From contig OZ287072.1 of NCBI GenBank assembly GCA_965645245.1, forward strand, positions 2,480,001-2,544,000: DNA of 64,000 bases. The letters run 5' to 3'. The translations under genes were made by a program, and so were the position numbers. The stretch's first letter is position 1. Each line of letters starts with the position of its first letter. Shown one piece after another: positions 24,146-35,096 of the stretch. This DNA comes from Massalongia carnosa. Taxonomy: Eukaryota. Below the pieces are notes generated by a model. That model saw only the letters and a program-made list of their open reading frames with translations, ran no database searches and had not been told where the DNA came from.

Positions 24146-25463
24146 GAGTAACGTAATTGCCACCTATTCGGGCCAACCACCTACTCGGGCCGCCCCATCA
24201 AAATCCATTGGCCACCTAATTCTTTTCCATTATCATTTATCACCACCATCCAACCATAATCAAATGAATTCAAAATTAGATATCTCAGATTCTAATACTC
24301 GTTTAGAATTAGCTCTTGAATATTTGCGGGAAAATCCTAATGTATCACAACGAGAAATCGCCCGTGTTTATGACATTCCTCGATTGACGCTTCAAGCTCG
24401 TTTACGGGGGAGACAACCTGCAAAATCCTATCATCAAACTATGCAAAGACTATCCGTACAGGAGGAACAAGCACTGATTACATGGATTGAAAGAATGACT
24501 GCATGGGGCTGGCCCCCTCGAATTATACATCTTGAAGGCATGGCTAAGAGTTTGATGGAGGCCAAAGGGGATCGAAAAGCGCTTGGACACCATTGGTATA
24601 AAAACTTTTGAACAGACATCCTGAATTCAAGTTAAAATACAATAGAAATTTGGATCAGGTCAGAAAAGACGCCAGCGACCCTGTTATCATGAAGGATTGG
24701 TTTGATTTGTACATGACCACTCGCGAGAAATACGGTGTCGCAGATGCAGATATATACAACATGAATGAAAAAGGATTTGCCATGGGCATTGCGGACAGTT
24801 CTAAGGTCATAATAAGAGGTAATACAGCACCTTTCAATGTGCATCCAGGAAACAGGGATTGGGTCACTTTAATTGAGTGTATATCCTCTCGCGGGAGTAT
24901 TCTTCCTGCTTATATCATTTTTCAAGGTGCTCAGATTCAGCAAGCCTGGTATGCAGCCATTGCGGATGAGAAAACAACTATTCGGGTCAGTCCCAATGGA
25001 TGGACGGACCGGGAAATTATCAAAAGGTAGTATAGTAGATAGAGGGTAGAACGCTTGCTGTTGTTCTATATAGTGGGAATAGCTAGATTTATAGACAATG
25101 TACGGTATGCTAGTATTAGACTAGCGATACGTCTAGCCATTAGCGTGCGCCATACTCGTGCGGTAGAAGGTGAGTGCGGCTGAAATGAAGTAACCTGATT
25201 TGTACATTCTAACACTCCCACTCAGGCACTGAAATAGCACTCCCACATGATAAAGAGAAATTCAATAACTCCCACATACTCCAGTATAATATCATGCTTC
25301 CCAGTGGATCACCTGCAGGTGAGTCAGTGTACTCCGCAGGCTAATGCTGCTGGCGATGTACGAAAACACCCCCACAGGCTCAGCTGTGGGTGATACTTTT
25401 TTTTTTTTTTTTTGGGTTAAGGTCGAATTTTTTACGACAAAGGGCTTCTGGTTTATTCTAAGC

Positions 25464-28400
25464 CTAAAGCTTTTCGAAAGACAACAAATTGTCCTTTAGT
25501 AGGGCCTTGGTTAGGCCGTCAGCTACCTGTTCTTCGGTAGGAACATAGCGAAATTCCACTGATTTGTCTTCGATCTTCTCTCTTTGGTAGTGCCATTGGA
25601 TGTCAATATGCTTGCTCCGCGCGTGTGCCTGGGGATTTTTGGCCAAAGCTATTGCTCCTTGATTGTCGCAGTGAATGATGATAGCATTTAGGGCGAAAGA
25701 TGTAGGCAAGCAGGCAAGGGCTACAGAGGTGCTCTGGGTTTGGAGAGAGTGTATCCCAGGGACTTGAGGTGCTGAAAGTTGGTCGAGAAGACTAGACAGC
25801 CAGACGGCTTCCTTGGTGGCTTGAGTCTGACCCATGTACTCGGCTTCGCATGAAGATAGGGCTACGGTCGGTTGTCGTTTGGAAGACCAGCTAATAGCGC
25901 CACTACCCACATTAAACACGAAGCCTGAGGTAGACCTTCGGGTATGATGATCTCCGGCCCAATCCGCGTCAGTGTAACCGTTCAAGGGTTGTAAGTGACC
26001 TTTGTATGTTAACTGCAACGGTAGAGTGCCCTTGATGTATCGAAAGATGCGTTTGACTGCCTTCCAGTGCGTATCGGTCGGGTTCGAGGCATAGCGGCTG
26101 ACCACCGATACGGCGTAGGCTAAGTCAGGCCTAGTGCCTAGCATAGCATACATGAGAGAGCCCACCGCTGATTGGTAGCGGAGGCGAGAGTCATCTGTGG
26201 CCTGATGGCCCTCTGGTGCAGCCTCCAGTCGCCCATCCATCGGGGTAGCCACGGGGTTAGTGTCCCACATGCCATGGTCGCGTAGTACTTTTTCCAGATA
26301 GGCCTGCTGACCAAGGCGAAGAATCCTATTAGCCCGATCCCGAGTTATCGTCATGCCCAGGTAGTAATTGATAGGGCCTAAATCAACCATCGAGAACTCG
26401 TCACTCAGCAGTTTCTTGACACGTTGTATCTCGGAAGAAGAAGAGCCAGTGATGATTAAATCATCGACGTAAATGGCTACGATAACCCCTTCTTTAACGA
26501 AAACGCTAAGGTCGGCGTTGACTGGAACGAATTCATGAGACTTGAAAAAAGTAGTGATCGTTTCATACCAGATTCTAGACGACTGTTTCAGGCCATAAAG
26601 AGCTTTCTTCAACTTGCAAACTCTCGTTGACCCGTCATCCAGACCGGTTGGTTGCTCCACGTAGATTTCCTCGTCCACCCTTCCGTACAAGAAGGCTGTT
26701 TTTACGTCCATTTGGTGAATTTCCCAGGCATTGGCTGCAGCAATAGCGAAGATGGCTTTATAGCTCATTGGCTTCACTTACTGAAGCAAAAGTCTCATTG
26801 TAGTCAATGCCTTCACGTTGCTCAAAGCCTCTGACTACCCATCGAGCCTTGTAACGAAGAATCTCGCCAGCCGGGCCTTGTTTGATTTTATAAACCCATT
26901 TGCCTCGCAGGGCTTTGCGGTCCGGGGGCAGGGAGGTGAGGATCCAGGTATCATTTTCGTTGATAGAGTCAATTTCTTCCTGCATTGCCCTTCGCCAATC
27001 CTTTTCCTCCCGACTATCTACGGCCTGTTTATAGGTTTTAGGCTCGTATGGCTCCGGGTCATTGGCTCGAGCAAGAAGAGCCAAAAGAGCAAGCGGGTCA
27101 GGCGAGGGGGCACGAAGTTTTGGATGCTTAGAGAGAATATCTGCCTGGGACCAAGGCTCAATGGGCAGTTGGTTTGCCAATGCCTCTTTTCCAGCGTTTG
27201 ATGGGAGAGGTCCAGTGGGAATTGATTCTATGGATTCATGAGCGTCGACTAAGTCCGTATGAGGGGAGTCCGTATGATGGGTAATTTTTTGCTTTCTTGT
27301 GGGTGGTCCTGACTGTCCAACATGTAGGGCTCTTTTAGTTTGAGAGAATGATAAGGAAGGAGGAGATGGGGGGTTGTTATCTATCCACTGAACATTGGAA
27401 TAACGCATGACCGCGCCCCGTGGATTTATCATTCGATAGATGTGATCGCCTTCGTATCCTACTAAAGTACATTGGGTGGCTCGTTCCTGAAATTTCTTCC
27501 ATCCGGTGGAGGGCTTGCGATTTTGCGCATAGCCAGTCTGTCCTATTATCCTTAGATGTCCTAGTTCTGGTGGGCTGCCGGTGTGAGACTCGTAGGGGGT
27601 GATGGAGCGTCCCGCAGTTGGTTGTCGATTTCTTAGGTAGTTGGCAGTGAGAACCATCTCAGCCCAATATTTGATGTCTAGTTTAGCGCCTTCTCGCATG
27701 GTGCTGGCTAACTTGTGAAGCGTTTGACCTAGGCGCTCGGCTGTCCCGTTCATGGGTGGATTTCCCGGTACGGTAGGTTCCCACTGAATGCCATGCTCGT
27801 TTCTGAAATTCTCGAAGTCCTTTGAGTCATACTCACCCCCACAGTCCGATCGCAAGCGCTTAATTCGTTTGTCCCCATATTCATTTTGCTTCTTGTAGTT
27901 TTTAAAAGCTTGAAGGACTCCGCTTTTGACGCGCAGTAAGGTGACGTGGGACCGTTTATCGAAATCGCAAAGAAAGGTCACCATATATTTGGCGCCGTTC
28001 AAGGCTTCTGGGAAAGGTCCTTGGACATCACTGTGAATTAAGTCCAGCGGGTGCTTGCCTGGTTGGATGGGGGCCCGGTGTGGTTCTACTTGGGACTGAG
28101 CGATGGCGCACGGAGGACAGGCGTCTTGGGGCGGGGGCTTGGTGAGGTCCATTCCTTTTGACATGCCAGCGAGCTTGAGAATGTTTTGATTTCCAAGATG
28201 GCCTAAACGAGCGTGCCACATTTTTATCGCCTCGCTATTAATTGCAGCAAGAGCGAGAGCGGCTTCAGAGACGTTCCACATATTCAGGATATACAGATTG
28301 TTGTCCTGGCGGCGAGCGATAATACCATAGTTCCCGATTTCAATTCCCTCTGGTACAATCTTCAGGGGACATCCATCTCGTTGTAATTGTCCTTGGGAGA

Positions 28401-29577
28401 TGAGATTTAGGCCTCCGTCCGGAACGTATAACACATCGAAAAGAGGGAACTCCCGAAGACCCTCGTTACCGGCACACCGCAACATGACGTTACCTATTCC
28501 TTTGGGAATTAATACTCCTCCAATACCTTGAATTGGAGGGCAATCGGATGTCTTGAATGAGGTGAAGATGGAGCGATCGTGGGTAATATGTTGGCTAGTT
28601 CCAGAGTCACAGATCCAGAGCTTAGATATTTTGGTTATATCTGCGGTGGCCATGTAGGCGCAGAAGGCTCCTTTGGTTGAGTCATTGTTTCCGGTTGGCT
28701 TTTGGCTTTGACCTTGACTTTTGGAATTCCTACGACGCTTATTGGACTTACGCTGTGAGTCTTGGTTAACGAGGTGTGGATATTTTTCACGACACTCGCT
28801 CTCTACGTGATAGTCTTTTCGGCAGTGGTTGCAGAACTTGATGGTCTTGGTGATGATTCGAGAATGGGCTGTTCCGGGTTGAGCTCCTGCTTGGGTTTGA
28901 GCGTTTGAAACAGCTGCCATTGCGATTACGGCCTTATCGCTGGACTTGCTTGGGTTGGTCACCGTGTTTTGGAAATGCTGCATAGCCTGACTTAACGTGT
29001 GCTTGGGTTCACCCATTTCATTGAAAGGATCATGATCCTGAGCGTATCGTTCGAAATAGCTGTTGTATTCGAAGCCTAAATTGGTATGGAAGCGATAGAT
29101 AAGCCAGTTTTCGTCCAGGCTTAGCTTGCTTGAGAAGGTGCGAAGCTTATTCACCGTGGCGCGAAATTGGGTAACGTAGTCTGCAGGGCTGCTGCAATCC
29201 GATAGGATAAGGTTGTCTAATTTTCTAAAGGTGTCATTGAGGAATCCCGAACCGCGAGGCTTATAGTTTGACTCAAGCAGGTCCCAGGCGACGGAAGCAG
29301 TAGTATGGTCTTCTATATCGGTGTAGGCATTTCCTTCACAAGCTAATCGTAGAGCAGTGCAGGCCTTATCTTGGCCCTTTTTCCATTTGTTGAAGCCATC
29401 ATTGGGAGCGTTTGGGCGTGGTGCAGCTTCGGTGTTATCACAATAGATCCAAAGATCTATCATTTTGAGGCAATCTCGCATGGCTCGCTTCCATGCTGGA
29501 TAACCCTCGTGGTCCACTAGCTTAGGGATCCTATCAATAGCGCTATAGGACCCCGATCCAGAGATTTTTTCACTCAT
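25464..29577 (-). pseudogene. Copia gag-pol, nearly intact (1-nt frameshift near 26778)
   Basis: CNHC..H....C, WICDSG, WHARLGH..CPPC, RSDCGGEY, KARWVVRG, QMDVKTAFL, YVDD, YTDADWAG, SSCEAEY, ADGLTK. Confidence 0.93.
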
Positions 29578-30180
29578 GATGGAAAGGGTTTATTGGAAGA
29601 GCTTAATGGATTGTCCTTGTTAACGGACTGGCTTGAACTGGTGTTTGGTTTTACCGGATTCCGACGGAGTGCTATTATAAGTGCTTGGTGACTTGGTTCT
29701 GGCTCTTAGATCGAAAGGATCACAGTCGCTGGGCGGTTCTAGGTCCGATTTTGATGTGGACTGACCGGGAGTGACTGGAGGCTCAGGGATGATGGTACAA
29801 AGCAATCCAATTTTGATTGATCTGAGTTATCCTCTAAGAGAAAGCAACGATTTCCGCACTAGCCGCCTGTAATGTATGTTGTGAATCCCGTTCAAGCCTT
29901 GTTGCCGGCCTATTATTTGGTTGAGGCTCTGAGAGTCATTGGATCTCGGCAAGAGTGCCACGTAGGAATGGGGCAGTGATTGATATAATAGATCTAAACG
30001 CAGAAGCAGATGCAGGTGCAAAGATAGATTTGAGGCGTTTAGTTGTGCCTTTGGGGTTGATAAATCGAGAGCGTTTTTTGTTGCTCGAAGCCATAATCCT
30101 GCAGTCTTATAACTGATACGCAGATGCTGACTATGAATAGAGGGCAAAATCGATTACAGGGAGATTTGGTTTCATCCCAA

Positions 30181-30505
30181 TGGATGTCACATTCCCGGTT
30201 TTTTGTTGGGAACGTAGATCATCCGAGACATCTGGATGTCACATTCCCGGTTTTTTGTTGGGAATGTAGATCATCCGAGACATCGAAGTGAATGTCACAT
30301 TTCCGGTTTTTTATTGGAAATGTAGATCATCCGAGACACCTGGATGTCACATTTCCGATTTTTTGTTGGGAATGTAGATCATCCGAGACATCAAAGTGAA
30401 GTGGATGTCACATTCTCGGTTTTTTATTGGGAACGTAGATCATCCGAGACATCTGGATGTCACATTCCCGGTTTTTTGTGGGGAATGTAGATCATCCGAG
30501 ACATC
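30181..30505. repeat. 52-bp tandem array (6 units) in the Copia leader
   Basis: Unit TGGATGTCACATTCCCGGTTTTTTGTTGGGAATGTAGATCATCCGAGACATC. Confidence 0.93.
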
Positions 30506-31105
30506 GAAACGAAGTGCAAGGAGGTGCCTGTTAAAATATTTGTTAGCGTTCGTTTAGTAAGGGGCAAAGAAGAAGCCGGGCGCCCGATAGTAGTGCTTAG
30601 CTATCTCAAACACTGCCGACTGTTTCATATGTGTCGATTTGTGTCGGATTTTTTTGTAGGAGATTATTCGCGACGGTAATTGTTTGCGACGGTAAGGAGG
30701 CTTGTGTTAGGGTAGGTAAAGTAAGACAAGCAAACACATGTAAAGAGGCGCCCTGCGGCCGGGCTCATAACCTATCAAAAGGTAGTATAGTAGATAGAGG
30801 ATAGAACGCTTGCTGTTGTTCTATATAGTGGGAATAGCTAGATTTATAGACAATGTACGGTATTCTATGACCCTTATCGGTGCCGTTACCTTCGCTTGCG
30901 CTGGGGGGGCTTTTAATTGGATGAATTGATTTGAATGCTTGAATTTGATTGGGCATGGGAACGACACAGGTCAGCCCGGGCAGGCCTAGGCACGTGACTC
31001 GGGGTCGGTGCTGAGGTGAGAACCTCATCTTCTAGGCCCGAGGCGTCTGCTGACGCTCAACGATCCGATAGATGATGCCCGACGGCAGTGCCCGACGGCG
31101 ATGAT

Positions 31106-32269
31106 CTAGATGGAGGTGCCCGGCGGCGCTCCGGATCGATGCCCTGGTTGACCTGTACGCCCAATGGAATGCCCAATTGAGTAGGGGTAGGAGTTTGTAG
31201 GATTCGTCTCGGCGACGACAGCACGTGGGACTGCTAGAGGGATGCCTTTTTGAAAACTGAGGTTCAAATTGAATAGTGAGGCCTGGGACGTCTGAAAGTG
31301 TAGCTGAAACGCGTTTGATGACCATCTTCCGAGTCTCTGAATACTCTCATCCAGCATCCCGTGGTCGGCGGCGTGTTGTGCTGCTCCTTTTCTGAAGCTG
31401 TGTCCCGAGTATGCCGAGTCGTTGATGCCGACGGCTATCAGTCTCTTTTTCAGGGATGCTATGACGGAGGCTCTGGTGAATGCGGTGCCGAGACGAAAAA
31501 ACGGGGATGTAGATGGCTGAGGATCATTTCTGAAAAGACGCCGTAGTGCTGTCACGGGGCAAGTGCTCTCATTGGTCGCTGCCAGCACTATCTGAACTCC
31601 TGAGTGATTTGTGTCTGTTTTGCTTCTTTTGAGACGTAATGTCGCGTATTGATCGTTCTCGGCGAATGAGATGTCACTTCGTGTAGGTTTCAATCTCTGA
31701 AAAGATGTCTTCTTACGATCAGCGACAGTGTAGGTGATTTCCCCGAGTCTGAGGAACCCTGCCCATGCAACTTTGAATGTCGCGTCGATGTTGAGGTCTT
31801 CGGCCGAATGAGCGGGAATACTGGTGATTTTTGTCAGTAATTCTTTTGAAATGGGTAGGCGTCTTCTTTTTGTCTGAGAAAAGATCCTTTTTCCCCCTTT
31901 CAGCATCAATTGAAGTCTCGGCCCCTCGAATGGGGTGAGGCCGTATCCTCGGTCTACATGGTATGATCTGAGGCCGGCGAGGTAGCTCGCTGCCGTCTCT
32001 GGTTTTATCTTTCCCTGCTTGGGTGTGCCGCCCCCGTATAGTCGACCGGCTAGCCATTCCTCGAGGGACTCGGTTGTTGCAGGCCACGACGTGCGTCCCG
32101 TCGTCGCGCAGAATGCCTCGTATGAGTCGATCGCCGTCCCGTACCCTTTTCTCGTGTCCGCCGAGTGTCCGTGCCAGACGAGACGTTTTACCAGGGCTGA
32201 CCCTGGTGTGGAGGATAGGTAGGTGGAGGGAGGTTCATCGAATTGTATGGGTTCTGCCAATGAGGGCAA
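31106..32269 (-). CDS. Tyrosine recombinase (expected catalytic Tyr appears as His)
   Basis: GFLRLGE, KRSKTD, HSFRKGAA, LGRWSSNAFQLH; overlaps the RT-RH ORF. Confidence 0.9.
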   Translation of the reverse strand: MPSLAEPIQFDEPPSTYLSSTPGSALVKRLVWHGHSADTRKGYGTAIDSYEAFCATTGRTSWPATTESLEEWLAGRLYGGGTPKQGKIKPETAASYLAGLRSYHVDRGYGLTPFEGPRLQLMLKGGKRIFSQTKRRRLPISKELLTKITSIPAHSAEDLNIDATFKVAWAGFLRLGEITYTVADRKKTSFQRLKPTRSDISFAENDQYATLRLKRSKTDTNHSGVQIVLAATNESTCPVTALRRLFRNDPQPSTSPFFRLGTAFTRASVIASLKKRLIAVGINDSAYSGHSFRKGAAQHAADHGMLDESIQRLGRWSSNAFQLHFQTSQASLFNLNLSFQKGIPLAVPRAVVAETNPTNSYPYSIGHSIGRTGQPGHRSGAPPGTSI

Positions 32270-33891
32270 AAGTTAGCCAATCTTTCATCATCAAAACGTG
32301 ACAGGGCATCTGCTAGTCCATTGGAAGTGCCACTGATCCATTGACAACGTAGTACGATGTCCCACTTTGCAGCTATGGACAGTATTTCTCGTAGAGGCGC
32401 GTTGGCCGGTCCCTTGAGGGTTAGATTCGTGAATCCTGTGTATGCTGTGTTGCTGTCGGTAAAGACAAGGATCTGTCGATGTCGCCATGTCGGCGCCCAT
32501 TTCTGAAGGATTAGAAGGATAGCTTCGACTTCTCGGACGTTTATGCTCGGTGATCCTTCCTGATTGAGGACTAGGACTCGGGCCCTACATGCGTTTTTTT
32601 GATTCACGAGCTCGTTGTCTTGTTGAAAATAGCCTCCGAGACCCGTGAGGCATGCATCCGTATGCACCTTGATCGTGTCTCGTGTTGACGTCTCGAAGAA
32701 GACAATACCGTTGAAGTCCACTAGAAGTTTGTTCCACCAGATGAGATCCTGTCTGACCCATGTGGGAATTCTTCTTTTGACCCGACGATGACTGCCCGAG
32801 GGAAATGAGGCTATAAAATTCCAGAATAATCGTAAGAAGACTCGGCCCAATTTGACTGCCTGTGCGCAGAAGCTTAGGAAGCCCGCTATTGACTGCATGT
32901 CGCCGAGGCTGATTGTCGTCTCGTTTAGTGCCTTTGTAGTGATGATTCTCGCTTTTTCCAGCTTGTCCGCTGGCAGACGAATAAGACTGTTGATGGTGTC
33001 GACCTCGAGTCCGAAGACTGTCGCTGTCGTTCCCTCGGCGTCTTTTGAGTCGTTTCTCGGGATGCCAAGAATGTCGGTGAGAATGTTGTAGGCTTTTGTT
33101 TCTTGGTGCAATCGTTCTGACGATGTCTCGGATGGGAAAATTGCAACGAAGTCGTCTAGATAGTGATGTAATCTCCATTGTAGAAAGGATTCCAAAATCC
33201 AATGAAAGCCTTCCGCAAAAAGATTGAAGATGAACGGGGCCGTCGACAGTCCGAACGAAAGGCATGTCTCGGTGTAGAATTCGTCATTCCATCCGAAACC
33301 CAGAAGCCATTGATGATGAGGTGCGACGGGAACGTTTCGAAAGGCGTCTTTGACGTCTCTTTTCACTATGACAGCACCTTTGCCCGCTGACAGAATCAAT
33401 TGAATAATGTCGTCGAGTCTGGCGTATTGTAATTTGGATGCCTCTTCTGGAATGTTGTCGTTGACTGATGTTTGATTGGGATGAGACAGATGATGAATGC
33501 GTCGCCATCCTCCGTCATGTTTCGGGACCAAGCCGAGGGGGGAGGCCACAAATGGCTGACTCGGGGCGGCTATTCGTCTGACTCGGCCCTTCCTGAGGTC
33601 CTCTTGGAGCTTATTCTCGATCGTTTCCGGGTCCTCATTCGCTGATGTCAGATTTTTTTCGATCCGAAGGATGTCTGTGGGGCCTTCGTATCCGATTTGT
33701 ACTCCGAAACGAAGGATCATGGGCAGATGGACTCGGAGGGGGCCCGGATACTCTTGAAGTAGAGTTGCCCATGCGGACGGTACGAGGGGAGATGGGCTGT
33801 CTTTCAAACGCTGACGAGATGCGTCTACGAGTTGAAACGAAGGGATTGTATTTGGTCTGATTGGTGCAGGTAAGCAGGGATGGGACGTCAT
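32188..33891 (-). CDS. Reverse transcriptase-RNase H of the YR retrotransposon
   Basis: SPLGLVPK, KRDVKDAF, LSFGLSTAP, YLDD, HTDAC, INVRE, FTDS, ADALSR; open 567 aa. Confidence 0.93.
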   Translation of the reverse strand: MTSHPCLPAPIRPNTIPSFQLVDASRQRLKDSPSPLVPSAWATLLQEYPGPLRVHLPMILRFGVQIGYEGPTDILRIEKNLTSANEDPETIENKLQEDLRKGRVRRIAAPSQPFVASPLGLVPKHDGGWRRIHHLSHPNQTSVNDNIPEEASKLQYARLDDIIQLILSAGKGAVIVKRDVKDAFRNVPVAPHHQWLLGFGWNDEFYTETCLSFGLSTAPFIFNLFAEGFHWILESFLQWRLHHYLDDFVAIFPSETSSERLHQETKAYNILTDILGIPRNDSKDAEGTTATVFGLEVDTINSLIRLPADKLEKARIITTKALNETTISLGDMQSIAGFLSFCAQAVKLGRVFLRLFWNFIASFPSGSHRRVKRRIPTWVRQDLIWWNKLLVDFNGIVFFETSTRDTIKVHTDACLTGLGGYFQQDNELVNQKNACRARVLVLNQEGSPSINVREVEAILLILQKWAPTWRHRQILVFTDSNTAYTGFTNLTLKGPANAPLREILSIAAKWDIVLRCQWISGTSNGLADALSRFDDERLANFCPHWQNPYNSMNLPPPTYPPHQGQPW

Positions 33892-33936
33892 GAATTCAGC
33901 TATTGAAGCTATTCTACTGCCTCCTGCACCAACCCC

Positions 33937-34950
33937 CTATTTCTTCGTTGGGCATGTCTTCTGGCCATGCCCAGCCGCGCCGCACGATTTACATTTGTGC
34001 TGTCGGTAGCACGACGGCCAGGTGCAGGTGCCGCTGTTGTACTTGTCGCAGATTTCCCCCGCTGCCTTCTCGGCCCTATCGGCCCTGTCTCCTCTCGGGG
34101 TCGGTCGCCGGGACGGCGGGGATCGTGAGCGGCGACGGCGTAGGACTGTGAGGGGGGTGCAGAATCGAGCTTGGAATTCGTCGGGCATTTTCCATTGGGA
34201 TGCGTCGGATGGCTGAGACGCGATGATGTGAGTGTGGGTTTCGATGGCGAGGGGGAGGACTGCTTCCTGCCACTCGTACACCTTGGCCAGCGTGAGGATT
34301 TTTCCGTGGAATGCCGACATGGTGGCGTGAAGCTGTTGACTCGATTTTCCGAAAAGACTGACCATGATCGAGGTGTAGTTGATGAAGCTCTCGGTCCAGA
34401 CGTCATGAACTGTCTTTCCGAAATCTTTGTAGGTCCCGGATGCCTTTCTCAACCTCAAGGCGCCGTCTTCGATGCCGATGCGGTCCTGATCCTTGTAGGA
34501 CTCGTATTGCATGCCGTGCATGTGTCGGAGGCGGGAGAGGTTGATGGCTTTGAATTTATTTGAAAAGATCTTGATGATCTCGTCCTGTGGTAGGCCCGCG
34601 AAACGGGGTGCTATACTTCTTACTTCGAGAGGGATCTCACCTAGGTCCTCGTCGTCATCGCCGACGACACGACTCGGCTTGCCAGCAGGAATGACGGCCG
34701 CTATTCGGGCGTCAGATTCTCGGCGCATGCAGTCGATTTCTAGCTGCATTTTTTCCACCTCCTTCTCGGCGACCAATGCCTTGGACTCGGCAATTCTGGC
34801 CTCAGCCTCGGCCGCCTTCGCTTCTGCCTCGGCTTTCTTCTTTTGTAGGGCGAAGATTTGATTGGACTGGGCCTGCGTCAATCCGAAAATCTCCTGGGAG
34901 TCGGGGACTATGTCGTCCATCGGGGTGCTTTGGGAACGGGTGTTCGTCAT
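33937..34950 (-). CDS. Gag-like protein of the YR retrotransposon
   Basis: Coiled-coil N-terminus and C-terminal Cys/His finger CDKYNSGTCTWPSCYRQHKCKSCGAAGHGQKTC. Confidence 0.85.
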   Translation of the reverse strand: MTNTRSQSTPMDDIVPDSQEIFGLTQAQSNQIFALQKKKAEAEAKAAEAEARIAESKALVAEKEVEKMQLEIDCMRRESDARIAAVIPAGKPSRVVGDDDEDLGEIPLEVRSIAPRFAGLPQDEIIKIFSNKFKAINLSRLRHMHGMQYESYKDQDRIGIEDGALRLRKASGTYKDFGKTVHDVWTESFINYTSIMVSLFGKSSQQLHATMSAFHGKILTLAKVYEWQEAVLPLAIETHTHIIASQPSDASQWKMPDEFQARFCTPLTVLRRRRSRSPPSRRPTPRGDRADRAEKAAGEICDKYNSGTCTWPSCYRQHKCKSCGAAGHGQKTCPTKK

Positions 34951-34957
34951 TGGGAAA

Positions 34958-35096
34958 AAGCACCGACAGCGAGGTAGGGGCACCGAGGACAACGTGAGGT
35001 CGACGACGAGTCAGTGAGATGGGAAAAGCAGCAAGCACTGACAGCGAGGTAGGGGCACCGAGACAACGTGGGGTCGACGACGAGTCAGTGAGATGG
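34958..35096. repeat. ~64-bp tandem duplication in the YR element 5' UTR
   Basis: 34958-35022 and 35033-35096 are near-identical. Confidence 0.85.

Noticed and set aside
25396..25413. Poly-T as a LINE/SINE tail
   Set aside because: Lies in the Copia 3' UTR with no TSD or associated element.
30181..30505. CRISPR-like array
   Set aside because: Tandem minisatellite with no spacers.
31106..32269. Phage integrase, Crypton or Starship captain
   Set aside because: The YR overlaps an RT-RNase H ORF downstream of a gag within a 4.3-kb unit, which is DIRS-order architecture.
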